Source: Okeania sp.
GTDB lineage: Bacteria > Cyanobacteriota > Cyanobacteriia > Cyanobacteriales > Microcoleaceae
Direction: 5' to 3'
DNA length: 32,000 nucleotides
NCBI RefSeq assembly: GCF_035285525.1
Contig: NZ_JAYKGW010000210.1
Location: 30,001 to 62,000, forward strand
Shown: positions 18,115-27,734 of the stretch, piece after piece
How the letters are laid out: each line of letters opens with the position of its first letter
Numbering within the stretch: the first letter of the stretch is position 1
Notes under the pieces: generated by a model
The model's database searches: none
Seen by the model: only the letters and a program-made list of their open reading frames with translations
What the model was told of the DNA's origin: nothing
Made by a program: the position numbers and the translations under genes

Positions 18115-18255
18115 CTTCCTGGAAAGCAATAGAAAAATTCAACCTATAGCTAAGAAAAAATTGGTGAGAACATAGACAGATGATGAGCCCTAAACTAAGA
18201 AATTTTTTTCCAACTATTCCCTATTCTCTGTTCCCTCCATACCTATTCCCTGCTA

Positions 18256-19170
18256 TTATTGTAATTGAGGTAAAGCCTTTCTTGCCCTTTCAGCACGAGC
18301 ATCCGCTGACCCCATTACCTCATCAATTTTTTCCAACATTTCTCCTGGATAATTTTCCAACACCTTAGTAGAAAGAGAAATTCGCTTTCGACCTTCATCC
18401 AAATCTACAATCATCGCCTTAACCAAATTACCTGGAGCAAAAATTGTTGATAAAGAATCAACCCGCTTTTGACTAATCTGGGTAATATGTAGCAAACCAG
18501 TTAAACCTTCCAAATCGACAAAAACACCAAAAGGCTTCACTCCTGCAACTGTTCCCTCAACCAACTGACCAACAACTAACCTACTAAAACCAGCAGACTG
18601 AGTAGCCAAACGCTGAGACATAACAATTTTCTTCTTTTCTTGGTCTAACTCCAAAAAATTGACAGTCAATACTTGGTCTATCAAGGACTCCAAATTATCC
18701 TTTGCCAGAAGATGGGAGCGCGGAATAAAACCTCGTAAAGATTCTACATCCACCGTCACCCCACCCTTATTAGTACCAATGACTCGAACTTGGAAAGACT
18801 GACCACCTTCTTGTAATTCAGTCAACCTCTCCCAAATTTGATTAATTTCTAGCTGCCTCACAGAAAGAAGCACTTCACCTTCCGCATCTTGGTCGCGGAT
18901 AATTAAAAATTCTCTTTCTAGTTTCAGTGGCAGAACTTCGGATAAATTTTGTGTTGCTCCCAAGGAAGCTTCTTGAATGGGTAAAAGAGCCAAAGACTTA
19001 CCCCCTATATCAACATAAATGCCTTCAGATTCATAACTATATACTTTTCCAGTGACTATTTGTCCTTTTTGAAATTCATAATTATACTGAGGTTGTTCGA
19101 GAGCTTTAGCAAAGTCGTCCATTGAAAAGGACTGTTTACTTCCTTGAGAGCTAGTTGATTCGGGATTCAT
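18256..19170 (-). CDS. 30S ribosomal protein S1 homologue (three S1 RNA-binding domains; cyanobacterial short Rps1B/Nbp1-like form)
   Basis: 304 aa. It has three repeats of the S1/OB pattern (G.IVTGKV...[60 protein letters not shown]). Confidence 0.9.
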   Translation of the reverse strand: [304 protein letters not shown]

Positions 19171-19225
19171 ATTTAGAGTAAAAAAAACACTAGGCTACTT
19201 AAATATAACTAATCTCTGGTCATTT

Positions 19226-19306
19226 CAGTTATCAGTTATCAGTTATCAGTAAAATTAGGCAGGGAGATGGGGAGATGGGGAGATGGGGAGTCGGGAGATG
19301 GGGGGA
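19226..19306. repeat. STRR tracts: CAGTTAT x3.5 followed by octamer GGGGAGAT x4-5
   Basis: TCAGTTATCAGTTATCAGTTATCAG, then AGGGAGATGGGGAGATGGGGAGATGGGGAGTCGGGAGATGGGGGG. They lie in the 5' upstream region of the S1-homologue gene. Confidence 0.85.
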
Positions 19307-19374
19307 TAGATATTTTTCTACCTTTTATTTATCAATATCCTGATTTCCATTCCATTGTTCTAAATTTTTCCAAG

Positions 19375-19685
19375 TTTTCTCTGTTAGTGCTATTAGATTT
19401 AATCAGCAGAGTAATAATTATTCTATTAATTATTACTTATCTAGTTTAACTTCGTAGTTCTTTGAAACTTTTAGTTACCAAAAAAAAGACTTGAAATTTT
19501 CTCTGTTAGTGCTATTAGATTTAATCAGCAGAGTAATAATTATTCTATTAATTATTACTTATCCAGGTTAACTTCGTAGTTCTTTGAAACTTTTAGTTAC
19601 CAAAAAAAAAGACTTGAAATTTTCTCTGTTAGTGCTATTAGATTTAATCAGCAGAGCCATAATTGTTCTATTAATTATTACTTAT
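19375..19685. repeat. 122/123-bp tandem repeat, about 2.5 copies
   Basis: The unit TTTTCTCTGTTAGTGCTATTAGATTTAATCAGCAGAGTAATAATTATTCTATTAATTATTACTTATC.AG.TTAACTTCGTAGTTCTTTGAAACTTTTAGTTACCAAAAAAAAGACTTGAAA starts at 19375, 19497 and 19620. Copies 1 and 2 are nearly identical. Copy 3 is truncated after about 66 nt. Confidence 0.9.
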
Positions 19686-19707
19686 TAATTATTCATTATT
19701 CATTATT

Positions 19708-19825
19708 ACAGCACTTTCCGTTGTTATGAGGTACAAAATTTGAGGTTTTAGGGAATAGGGAACACAGAAGGTGGGAACAGAAAAGAAGAAAAACAACTGT
19801 ACCTCATAGCTTCGGAAACTGCTGT
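19708..19825. mobile_element. MITE-like element, family H (TIRs ACAGCACTTTCCGTTGTTATGAGGTAC / GTACCTCATAGCTTCGGAAACTGCTGT)
   Basis: About 27-bp imperfect terminal inverted repeats flank about 64 bp. Related ends (..GGAATCCGCTGT, ACAGGAAGCACTGT, GTACCTCATAACAACTG) occur at about 2400, 3100, 23680 and 23975. Confidence 0.55.
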
Positions 19826-19837
19826 AATTATTCATTA

Positions 19838-20453
19838 TTAACTATTCATTAATTCTTGACCAAAAAGTTTCTTTGTCTTAACCCAAGCATCAGCAGCAGC
19901 TTCACCATCGTAACTACTACGATGGTCGCAAAAGAAACCGTGGTCTGCTGGATAACGAAATACTTGATGCTTTATTTGATGTTTCTGTAATTCTGCCTCT
20001 ATTTGGTCTACCTGTTCTATCGGTATTAAAGGATCTTCTGTACCAAAGAAACAATATATTGTACCACTAATTTTCGGAGTTAAAATAATAGTAGGTTCGC
20101 CACCACCAGGAGTACCAGTAACAATACCCGCTCCATAAAAAGAGGCAGTTGCTTTAATTTCTGGTAAAGTAGCTGCTAGATAAGTGACATGACCTCCAAA
20201 ACAGAAACCTATACAGCCAAATTTATCTGATTTAACAGTAGGTATAGTTTTGAGATAATTAATCGTAGCTTGAATATCGCTGAGTAGTTCTGAAGCTTTG
20301 GTTTGTTCTTTATATTTACGACCTAATATTAAGTCCTCTTCTGTATACCCCACTTCAAAACCAGGAGCTTGACGTTGATAAATTGAAGGAGCGATCGCTA
20401 CATAACCTTCTTTAGCAATTTTTTCTGTTACTTCCCGAATATGGCTATTAACT
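19838..20453 (-). CDS. Dienelactone hydrolase family protein, exon 2 (C-terminal 205 codons)
   Basis: Starting 3 nt into the exon, the frame reads VNSHIREVTEKIAKEGYVAIAPSIYQRQAPGFEVGYTEEDL...GCIGFCFGGHV...ADHGFFCD, the DLH nucleophile and His motifs. The track ORF 19838-20353 is its distal part. The frame stays open up to the intron 3' splice site. Confidence 0.8.
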
Positions 20454-21370
<917 letters not shown>

Positions 21371-21501
21371 CCAAATATTTCTTGTACCACTATTACTGCT
21401 GGAAATGGACCTTCTCCTATCGGTTGTGCTAAATAGGAATCTATTTGTAGGTCTCCATTGGGGACTTGAATATGGTTTGTCTGGATTTCTAGTTCTGTCA
21501 T
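21371..21501 (-). CDS. Dienelactone hydrolase family protein, exon 1 (N-terminal 43 codons + 2 nt)
   Basis: ATG at the complement of 21499-21501. MTELEIQTNHIQVPNGDLQIDSYLAQPIGEGPFPAVIVVQEIF + GG is the typical DLH N-terminus, ending exactly at the GUGCG intron start. 131+616 nt = 747 nt = 248 codons plus stop once the exons are joined. Confidence 0.8.
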
Positions 21502-21502
21502 T

Positions 21503-21640
21503 TTAGTTATTAGTTATTAGTTATTAGTACCTCCTGAAATAAGAAGGTTCCAAAACTGGAATTTTCTTTCTCGTGGTCGATTGAATATGGAGTTTTGCTT
21601 TTTCTCCTGAAAAGGAGAGACTTTAAACCTTTGAAGATTA
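21503..21640. repeat. STRR TAGTTAT x4 plus a D/E-like repeat variant
   Basis: TTAGTTATTAGTTATTAGTTATTAG, then ACCTCCTGAAATAAGAAGGT, TCGTGGTCGATTGAATATGG and TTTTTCTCCTGAAAAGGAGAGACTTTAAACC. This parallels the layout at 10011-10245. Confidence 0.5.
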
Positions 21641-22227
21641 ATTATCCATACTCCCTACTCCCTCTTTTATAGAACCTCTAACCGTATCTTTACAAAGAAA
21701 GGTGTGTTTTTTTGCCAAAGAAGTAAGTCAGGAGTCAACCCACCCCTAACCCCTTCCAACAGGGGAAATAAGGAAAAAGCTAGAATTAGAGCCTTATATT
21801 CACCATCCCCCCATCTCCCCAACTAATTTTAGAGACCCGTTTAGGGGTTCTATAGAAATTGTTAATTCTTTCCCCCCTACTCCCTCTTTTGCTGGAGATG
21901 TCTATTATTAATTATCTAAGCCGAATAGGACTTAGATACCAAACCTCTAAAATAAAATGTTACAACCTATTTAGGACTTCTATGTATCATAATCTATAGA
22001 TAATATGGCACTACCCCAATAATTCATAATTAACAATTAATAATTACCTCTTCTTATAAGTAAGAGGATTGACTAAAAGGATTTTTTTCTTTAACGACCA
22101 CTTTTTCTCCATAATTACTTTTGACTTTTGACTTAATTGGAGGTTTGATACCTTAATTTTTCGGTAAATGCCAAAACTTAGTCATAGATTACTTTTTACT
22201 TTTAACTTTTAACTTTTGACTTGATTT

Positions 22228-23211
22228 ATGGTTAATTTTCAGATTAAAGCAGATAGTGATATTTCCGCATCAAACCAATTATTTAATCAAATTCGGTTTG
22301 CGATCGCCTCCCGACAGTTTCCCCCTGGCCATAGATTACCCAGTACCAGACAACTGGCTATGCAAACTGGATTACATCGTAATACCATAAGTAAGGTATA
22401 TCGTCAACTAGAAGATACTGGTCTTGTAGAAGCTCTAGCAGGTTCTGGTATATATGTAAAGGCTCAGGGGAATGAATCAGGGTCAAAGTTAAAGTCTCCC
22501 ACTTTTGATAAATATCCCGATGCCAATAACATAGTCAAGGATAGCTTAGATCAATTATTGTCCCAAGGTTGTAGTTTAAATGAAGCTAGGGAAATGTTTT
22601 TGACTCAGATTGACTGGCGATTACGTTGTAGTGCTAGGGTTTTAGTTACGGCTCCATCTAATGATATTGGTATTGGCGAGTTGATGACTAAAGAGTTGGA
22701 AGAAGCTTTAAATATTTCTGTACAGTTAGTTCCTCTAGAAGAACTAGATGGGATAATAGACCAAATATCTTCTGGCACAATTGTTACGAGTCGTTATTTT
22801 ATTGGGCAAGCTGAAGAAATAGCTGCTCCTAAATCGGTTCGAGTTATACCGATTGATATATATGATTATGGTCAAGAGTTTCAATTACTACAGACATTAT
22901 CTCAGGGAAGTTATTGTGGTTTAGTGAGTCTGAGTTCTGGTTTATTAAGAGCTGCAGAAGTAATTATTCATAGTTTGCGTGGAAATGATGTAATTGTGAT
23001 GACTGCTCAACCTACAGAAATCCATAAAATAAGTGCTATGGTACGGGTAGCTAGAATAATTGTTTGTGATAGATTTAGCTTTGATATAGTTAAATCTGCT
23101 TTACAGAAAAATAGGGAAAATATTATTCGCCCACCAGAGATTAGGTGCATTGAAAATTATATTGGCGCAGATTCAATTAATCTTTTGAGACGAGAGTTGG
23201 GTTTAGTATAA
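22228..23211 (+). CDS. GntR-family transcriptional regulator (possibly the cyanobacterial PlmA subfamily)
   Basis: 327 aa. The N-terminal winged HTH is PGHRLPSTRQLAMQTGLHRNTISKVYRQLEDTGLVEALAGSGIYV. The long C-terminal domain is unlike the FadR/HutC/MocR types, as described for PlmA-type regulators, but this subfamily call is inference. Confidence 0.85.
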   Translation: MVNFQIKADSDISASNQLFNQIRFAIASRQFPPGHRLPSTRQLAMQTGLHRNTISKVYRQLEDTGLVEALAGSGIYVKAQGNESGSKLKSPTFDKYPDANNIVKDSLDQLLSQGCSLNEAREMFLTQIDWRLRCSARVLVTAPSNDIGIGELMTKELEEALNISVQLVPLEELDGIIDQISSGTIVTSRYFIGQAEEIAAPKSVRVIPIDIYDYGQEFQLLQTLSQGSYCGLVSLSSGLLRAAEVIIHSLRGNDVIVMTAQPTEIHKISAMVRVARIIVCDRFSFDIVKSALQKNRENIIRPPEIRCIENYIGADSINLLRRELGLV

Positions 23212-23398
23212 GTAAACAGCATTCAGCTATTTGCTATCAGCTTTATTAACTTTAACTGATAACTAAAGTTACTTATTTTTTAATTTTATAGTTGAAAATA
23301 TAGTAGAAGTTAAGTTAATATTTGCTTCGTTTAAACTTCACTTTTCAAAGCTTATTTATTAAAAATCTGGTAAGCACTTCCTGCGGAGTGCTTACCTA
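23212..23398. mobile_element. MITE-like element, family A (right end diverged)
   Basis: The left end GTAAACAGCATTCAGCTATTTGCTATCAGC starts right after the GntR stop. The interior TAGTTGAAAATATAGTAGAAGTTAAG parallels the 5855-6043 copy. The right end is GGTAAGCACTTCCTGCGGAGTGCTTACC. Confidence 0.5.
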
Positions 23399-23702
23399 AA
23401 ATCAAGAGTTGAATGTTTAAGGTTTCGTTGCTCAATAGGAAATGTGAGAAAATGGAGGAGTTTGGGAAATAGAAAATCAGAAAAAAATTAGGTACAAATT
23501 TAATAATAGATAATTTATAATTACTTCTCCCTAAAAGGAAGATGATTAAATAAAAAGAAAAAATTTATTTTTTTCGTTTTAAAAGAGGAGGCTTCAAGGC
23601 GTGAATTATTTAATTATTAATCCTTCGGTAAATGGTAAAATATTATTGTAGTGTAGGCTAGAAAGCTAGCGATAGGTGTACCTCATAACAACTGAAAACC
23701 CC

Positions 23703-23832
23703 GTCATTTCAGTTATCAGTTATCAGTTATCAGTAGAGAGTGAACCTCCAACTAAAGTTGTAGGCTTGAAATACTGAGTTAAAATTTTTTCATCCCCCAA
23801 CAAGGGGAAGCTTTATACCTCTTTTTTTGGTA
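23703..23832. mobile_element. D/E element, uninterrupted form
   Basis: GTCATTTCAGTTATCAGTTATCAGTTATCAGTAGAGAGTGAACCTCCAACTAAAGTTGTAGGCTTGAAATACTGAG followed directly by TTAAAATTTTTTCATCCCCCAACAAGGGGAAGCTTTATACCTCTTTTTTTGG. Confidence 0.6.
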
Positions 23833-24026
23833 AAAATAAAATTGCTATAATAGACAATTTTAAACTAAATTACATACAGCAAATTTCAAGTAGATGAAGT
23901 ATAAATATTAATAATTAAATATTACCAGTACAAGCCGGAAAGCTCCCGTGGGTGTACCGCACCAAATTGGAATCCGCTGTAATTTAAAAAAATCCCAATT
24001 AACGAATAAATTATTAAGGTAAAGCA

Positions 24027-25946
24027 ATGAAAACAGCAATTAGAAATATTGATACAGAAATTTTAGAAAAGAACTTACAAAAAAGCTGGGAAGCTTTCAA
24101 AAAATATAATGATGCTTGTCAAATTGAATGCGACTTAAAAGCAGGAACATTATTAGTAGTTTGTAAGCATCCAGCCAATATATTAATAGATAGAGAAAAA
24201 ACAATTGCTCAGTTAAAAAGTATAGTCAAAAAAGAAGAATTAGAATCTATAGAAAAAGTAGGTATTTGTTTGAATGTAATAGGTCATATATATCCTTATT
24301 CTTATCATTCATTTTTTACGAAGATTCAGCAAAAAGAATCGACCCTAAATTTCATGCCGAAATGGATAGATAAAGATGTAGATTCTGAAATAACAATCAC
24401 ACCAGAATTATTAGAATCTTTGGATAATCCATTTAATTTAAAAGACTTAGATGCAATATCTATTAGATTAGAATCTCAGGATAAATCTGGATCAAATACT
24501 AATTTTATCAATCAGAATATTCCTGATTCAGAACTTAAAATAACCTCAAAATTACTCGATGATTTAGATAATCCTTTTAATGTAGAAGAATTAGAACTAT
24601 CTGCTAAAAAATTCACCAAAAAAGTCAAAAATCCTGTAGAAGAAAAATCTGTTAACTTAACTACATTTAGTCAAATAGAATTTCTCAGCGCCACTTTAAG
24701 TTTAGCAATTTTAGTAGGCTGTTTTTATGCCATAACTCAACCTTGTGTAATTGGAAAATGTATGATTATACCAACAGCAAAAGAGTTAAATCAACAGTCA
24801 CTAGAAACAATTAAAGAAGTCAAAAACTCCTTAGCTCCAAAACAAGCACAAGAAAAATTAGAAACAGCAGTTCAAGATTTAGAAAAGATACCATTCTGGT
24901 CAATTCGTTATTTAGAATCACAAAATTTAAAATCTGAATACCAAACAGAAACTGAACATTTAGAAAAAATTAGAAAAGCTTTAATTAATGGTCAAAAAGC
25001 ATCTCAAAATAGTAAAAATTTACCACTCCCAGCAGAAAAATGGGTAGAAACTCAATCACTTTGGCAAGAAGCGATAACCCTCTTAGAAAAAGTACCAGAA
25101 GATAGTAAAGCTTATCCTTTTGCGAAAAATAAATTACAGCAATATCGCAAATATTTAGTTGTAATAAAAGGAAGATTAACCATAGAAGAAGAAGCTAATC
25201 AAACATTAATAGATGCGAAAAAATCAGCTCAGTTAGCAGAGACAAGAGAAGTAATAGCTCAGTATCCTGAAAGTTGGAAAAATGTATACTTAAGTTGGGC
25301 AAATGCGTTGGATAAAATATTATCTATTCCTCCAGAAACTATGGCTCATTTAGAAGCCAAAAATCTACTACCTGAGTATGAAAAAAAACTTCAGCAATCA
25401 GAGCAACGTAGAATCACAGAAGAATTAGCTGAAGAGTCTTATAATCTAGCTATTAGTTATTCTAAACAAGCTGAAGTTTTTGAAATGAGGGGTAATTGGA
25501 AAGAGGCAACAGAATATTGGCAAAAAGCTATAAATTCTGCTGAAGAAGTACCACCTAATTCAGCTTATTTTGCTTCCGTCAAACCTCTAATTAAATCTTA
25601 TGATACTTTATTTAGAATAGCCCAAGCTAACCAAAGATTATTAGAAACTTTAGCAACAGCTAATCAGGACTTAAGCAAGACTTGTAAAGGAACTCCCAAA
25701 ATTTGTCAGTATAGTGTTACGAAAGATTTAATTACTGTACGATTAACTTCTGAATATGTGAATAAAATTAAAAATACAGCTAAAGCAATAGAAAGTAGTA
25801 AAGATGAAAAGAGTCGTACCGAACTAGAAAAACATTTGAAAATTTTACAATTAGCTTTGAAAGCTATTAGTGATAATGCTAAAATTCCTTTAGAAGTTTA
25901 TAATCCACAAGGCTTAAAAATTGCTGCTCATTTTCCTAACCTTTAA
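24027..25946 (+). CDS. Large Lys/Glu-rich hypothetical membrane protein with internal repeats
   Basis: 639-aa uninterrupted ORF. It has a duplicated acidic motif (ITPELLESLDNPFNLKDLD / ITSKLLDDLDNPFNVEELE) and one TM segment (FLSATLSLAILVGCFYAIT). A helical C-terminal part follows with four W..A...L..[IV]P....Y-type repeats. I recognise no family. Confidence 0.7.
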   Translation: MKTAIRNIDTEILEKNLQKSWEAFKKYNDACQIECDLKAGTLLVVCKHPANILIDREKTIAQLKSIVKKEELESIEKVGICLNVIGHIYPYSYHSFFTKIQQKESTLNFMPKWIDKDVDSEITITPELLESLDNPFNLKDLDAISIRLESQDKSGSNTNFINQNIPDSELKITSKLLDDLDNPFNVEELELSAKKFTKKVKNPVEEKSVNLTTFSQIEFLSATLSLAILVGCFYAITQPCVIGKCMIIPTAKELNQQSLETIKEVKNSLAPKQAQEKLETAVQDLEKIPFWSIRYLESQNLKSEYQTETEHLEKIRKALINGQKASQNSKNLPLPAEKWVETQSLWQEAITLLEKVPEDSKAYPFAKNKLQQYRKYLVVIKGRLTIEEEANQTLIDAKKSAQLAETREVIAQYPESWKNVYLSWANALDKILSIPPETMAHLEAKNLLPEYEKKLQQSEQRRITEELAEESYNLAISYSKQAEVFEMRGNWKEATEYWQKAINSAEEVPPNSAYFASVKPLIKSYDTLFRIAQANQRLLETLATANQDLSKTCKGTPKICQYSVTKDLITVRLTSEYVNKIKNTAKAIESSKDEKSRTELEKHLKILQLALKAISDNAKIPLEVYNPQGLKIAAHFPNL

Positions 25947-26170
25947 ATTCAGAAAATAGGCATTAAATAAGTAGGGTTGGCTGAAAAAGTCTGTTGGTAA
26001 AGATAGGTAATAGGTATGGGGGCAATCGGCAATAGTTACAAGTGTTAATTTTTCTACATTTTTTAAAGTTTGGCTCAGAAAAATCTAGAGTTTTCATTTA
26101 TTAATTTATTGGCACTTTTTGTGACCCAAAAAAGCCTTGAAACTTGATCTGTCAATGGCAGCAAAATATC

Positions 26171-26347
26171 AGTAGGGTTGGCTGAAAAAGTCTGTTGGTG
26201 AAGGTAAGCAATAGTATTTTTGAAATGTTGATATCCACCCAATATAACAACTTATCCCCAATAAAGCTGAAAAGATTATTCAAGGAACTATTTTTTCAAC
26301 TACTTCGTCTTATATCTCCCCTAAAAGACTTTCCATAAGCCAACCTA
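26171..26347. mobile_element. MITE-like element, family I (AGTAGGGTTGGCTGAAAAAGTCT / AGACTTTCCATAAGCCAACCTA)
   Basis: Imperfect terminal inverted repeats. The first 45 nt are duplicated as a solo end at 25969-26020. Related ends are at 5784, 27575 and 28465-28488. Confidence 0.5.
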
Positions 26348-26358
26348 ACTCAAAGATG

Positions 26359-27315
26359 CTAACCTAAAAGACTAGCCACTTGACGATAATACCATTGATT
26401 ACGCTCGCGGTAGTCTGGCAACAACTGGGGATAGACTTGACAATGTGACAAAGCATCACGCCATCCTTTTGTGTTACAGCTAAAGTGCTTACTATAGCCA
26501 AAGTCGTAGAGTTGCTTACCCAAAACCTTTAACTCTCGCCTAGATTGTCGCCAACGGTCTATCTCAAAGTTAACGCCAGGATACTTAAGGGTATAAAATT
26601 TACTACTGAAAGGAAAAGACAAAACTTTACGGCCTAATAATGTGCCCCAATAAACACCATGATAAGAACTGGTTAAAATCGTTTCCCCTGAACCTAAAAA
26701 GTCCAAAACTTGAGTAAAATTATGAGTTCCATTGGTCATACGGGGGAAGTTGCCCAATTTAATCTGATACTTCTTGTGGGAAAAGACCACAAATTTATGT
26801 TTGATGGGTCGGGGTTGATCAAACTCATTGCTCATACAACTAACACAGGGAACCCAATTATAATTAGGGTTGGGATGTTCAAAGTCACGGATTCCAATCA
26901 GGTCAAACTGTTGCAAATATTTTGGGTAGTCAAACTTTTGATAGTAACGTTGACGATTTAGACCTGTGCGATAAACTTGTTGGCCAATACCCCAAGCTAT
27001 GATCTGAATAGGAATCTGGTCTTGATACTGAGCTTTAAACTGTTGCAAGGCCACAAAATCGTTGACAAAGCGAGGGAATAGAAGTCCTCCTCCACCTAAA
27101 ATGAAGCATAAGCGCTCATATTCCCCTAAACTGCCATTTTGAAGTTGTTGTGCGATTTTTGCTAGCCCTTGATCGAGATGACGAATATCAATTTTAGTGG
27201 TTGTAGATTGAGGAAACTGGAAATATTTCAATGGGGAAGAGTATAAATCTCCTACATTGGTTTCATCAACTACATGAACATTAATAAGAAGATTTTTTAC
27301 AGTCAATTTTTCCAT
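26359..27315 (-). CDS. Polysaccharide pyruvyl transferase family-like protein
   Basis: Contains NVGDLYS, ILGGGGLL, IGIRD and ILTSSYHGVYWGTLLGRKVLSFPFSSKF, which fit the PS_pyruv_trans pattern (N.GD, GGG, RD, RlHg...G.P). I prefer M22 (27315) as the start because codons 1-21 of the track ORF lie in a family-A MITE. Confidence 0.6.
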   Translation of the reverse strand: MEKLTVKNLLINVHVVDETNVGDLYSSPLKYFQFPQSTTTKIDIRHLDQGLAKIAQQLQNGSLGEYERLCFILGGGGLLFPRFVNDFVALQQFKAQYQDQIPIQIIAWGIGQQVYRTGLNRQRYYQKFDYPKYLQQFDLIGIRDFEHPNPNYNWVPCVSCMSNEFDQPRPIKHKFVVFSHKKYQIKLGNFPRMTNGTHNFTQVLDFLGSGETILTSSYHGVYWGTLLGRKVLSFPFSSKFYTLKYPGVNFEIDRWRQSRRELKVLGKQLYDFGYSKHFSCNTKGWRDALSHCQVYPQLLPDYRERNQWYYRQVASLLG

Positions 27316-27348
27316 TATTATGTTTTCTTTGATATCTAGGATATTTAG

Positions 27349-27555
27349 GGTAAGCATTGAGGAGTCAGCACTCAGCATTTAGCAGTCAGTTATTTATTTG
27401 ACTTTGAGATAAAAGCTTTATGATACGGTTCCTGATAAATTAGCAATTTTATCTGATACAAAATACAGCTTTCACTGGCTTTATTCATTTAAATATCCTC
27501 CTCAAGATTAAGGTTTTTATTGCTATTAGCTGACAGCTAATATCTGAATGTTGAC
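27349..27555. mobile_element. MITE-like element, family A
   Basis: GGTAAGCATTGAGGAGTCAGCACTCAGCATTTAGCAGTCAG ... CTATTAGCTGACAGCTAATATCTGAATGTTGAC. The interior is colinear with 441-638. Confidence 0.6.
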
Positions 27556-27734
27556 GTTATGGGTAAACTAAGTAGGGTTTTTATCCAAGAAACTTAGCCA
27601 ATAATTATTACTCACAAGATAACTCCAAAATTAACTAACTAAGTTTTTCAGTAGGTAAAGCTAATAATTGTTCAACAATTACTCATAATTCTTGATTCTA
27701 AAGAAGTAAAACTAACCCGGATAAAATATTATAC

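Noticed and set aside
18180-19449. ORFs 18180-18368 (+) and 19267-19449 (+)
   Set aside because: The first overlaps the S1 gene antisense and the duplicated repeat. The second is translated from the GGGGAGAT octamer tract (MGRWGDGESGDGG) and the 122-bp tandem repeat.
19375-19685. CRISPR array?
   Set aside because: The units are 122 bp and directly abutting, with no unique spacers. The STRR heptamer tracts elsewhere likewise lack spacers. No cas genes are in the window.
26710-26961. 83-aa ORF antisense to the pyruvyl-transferase-like gene
   Set aside because: It is embedded antisense in a longer ORF that carries family motifs.
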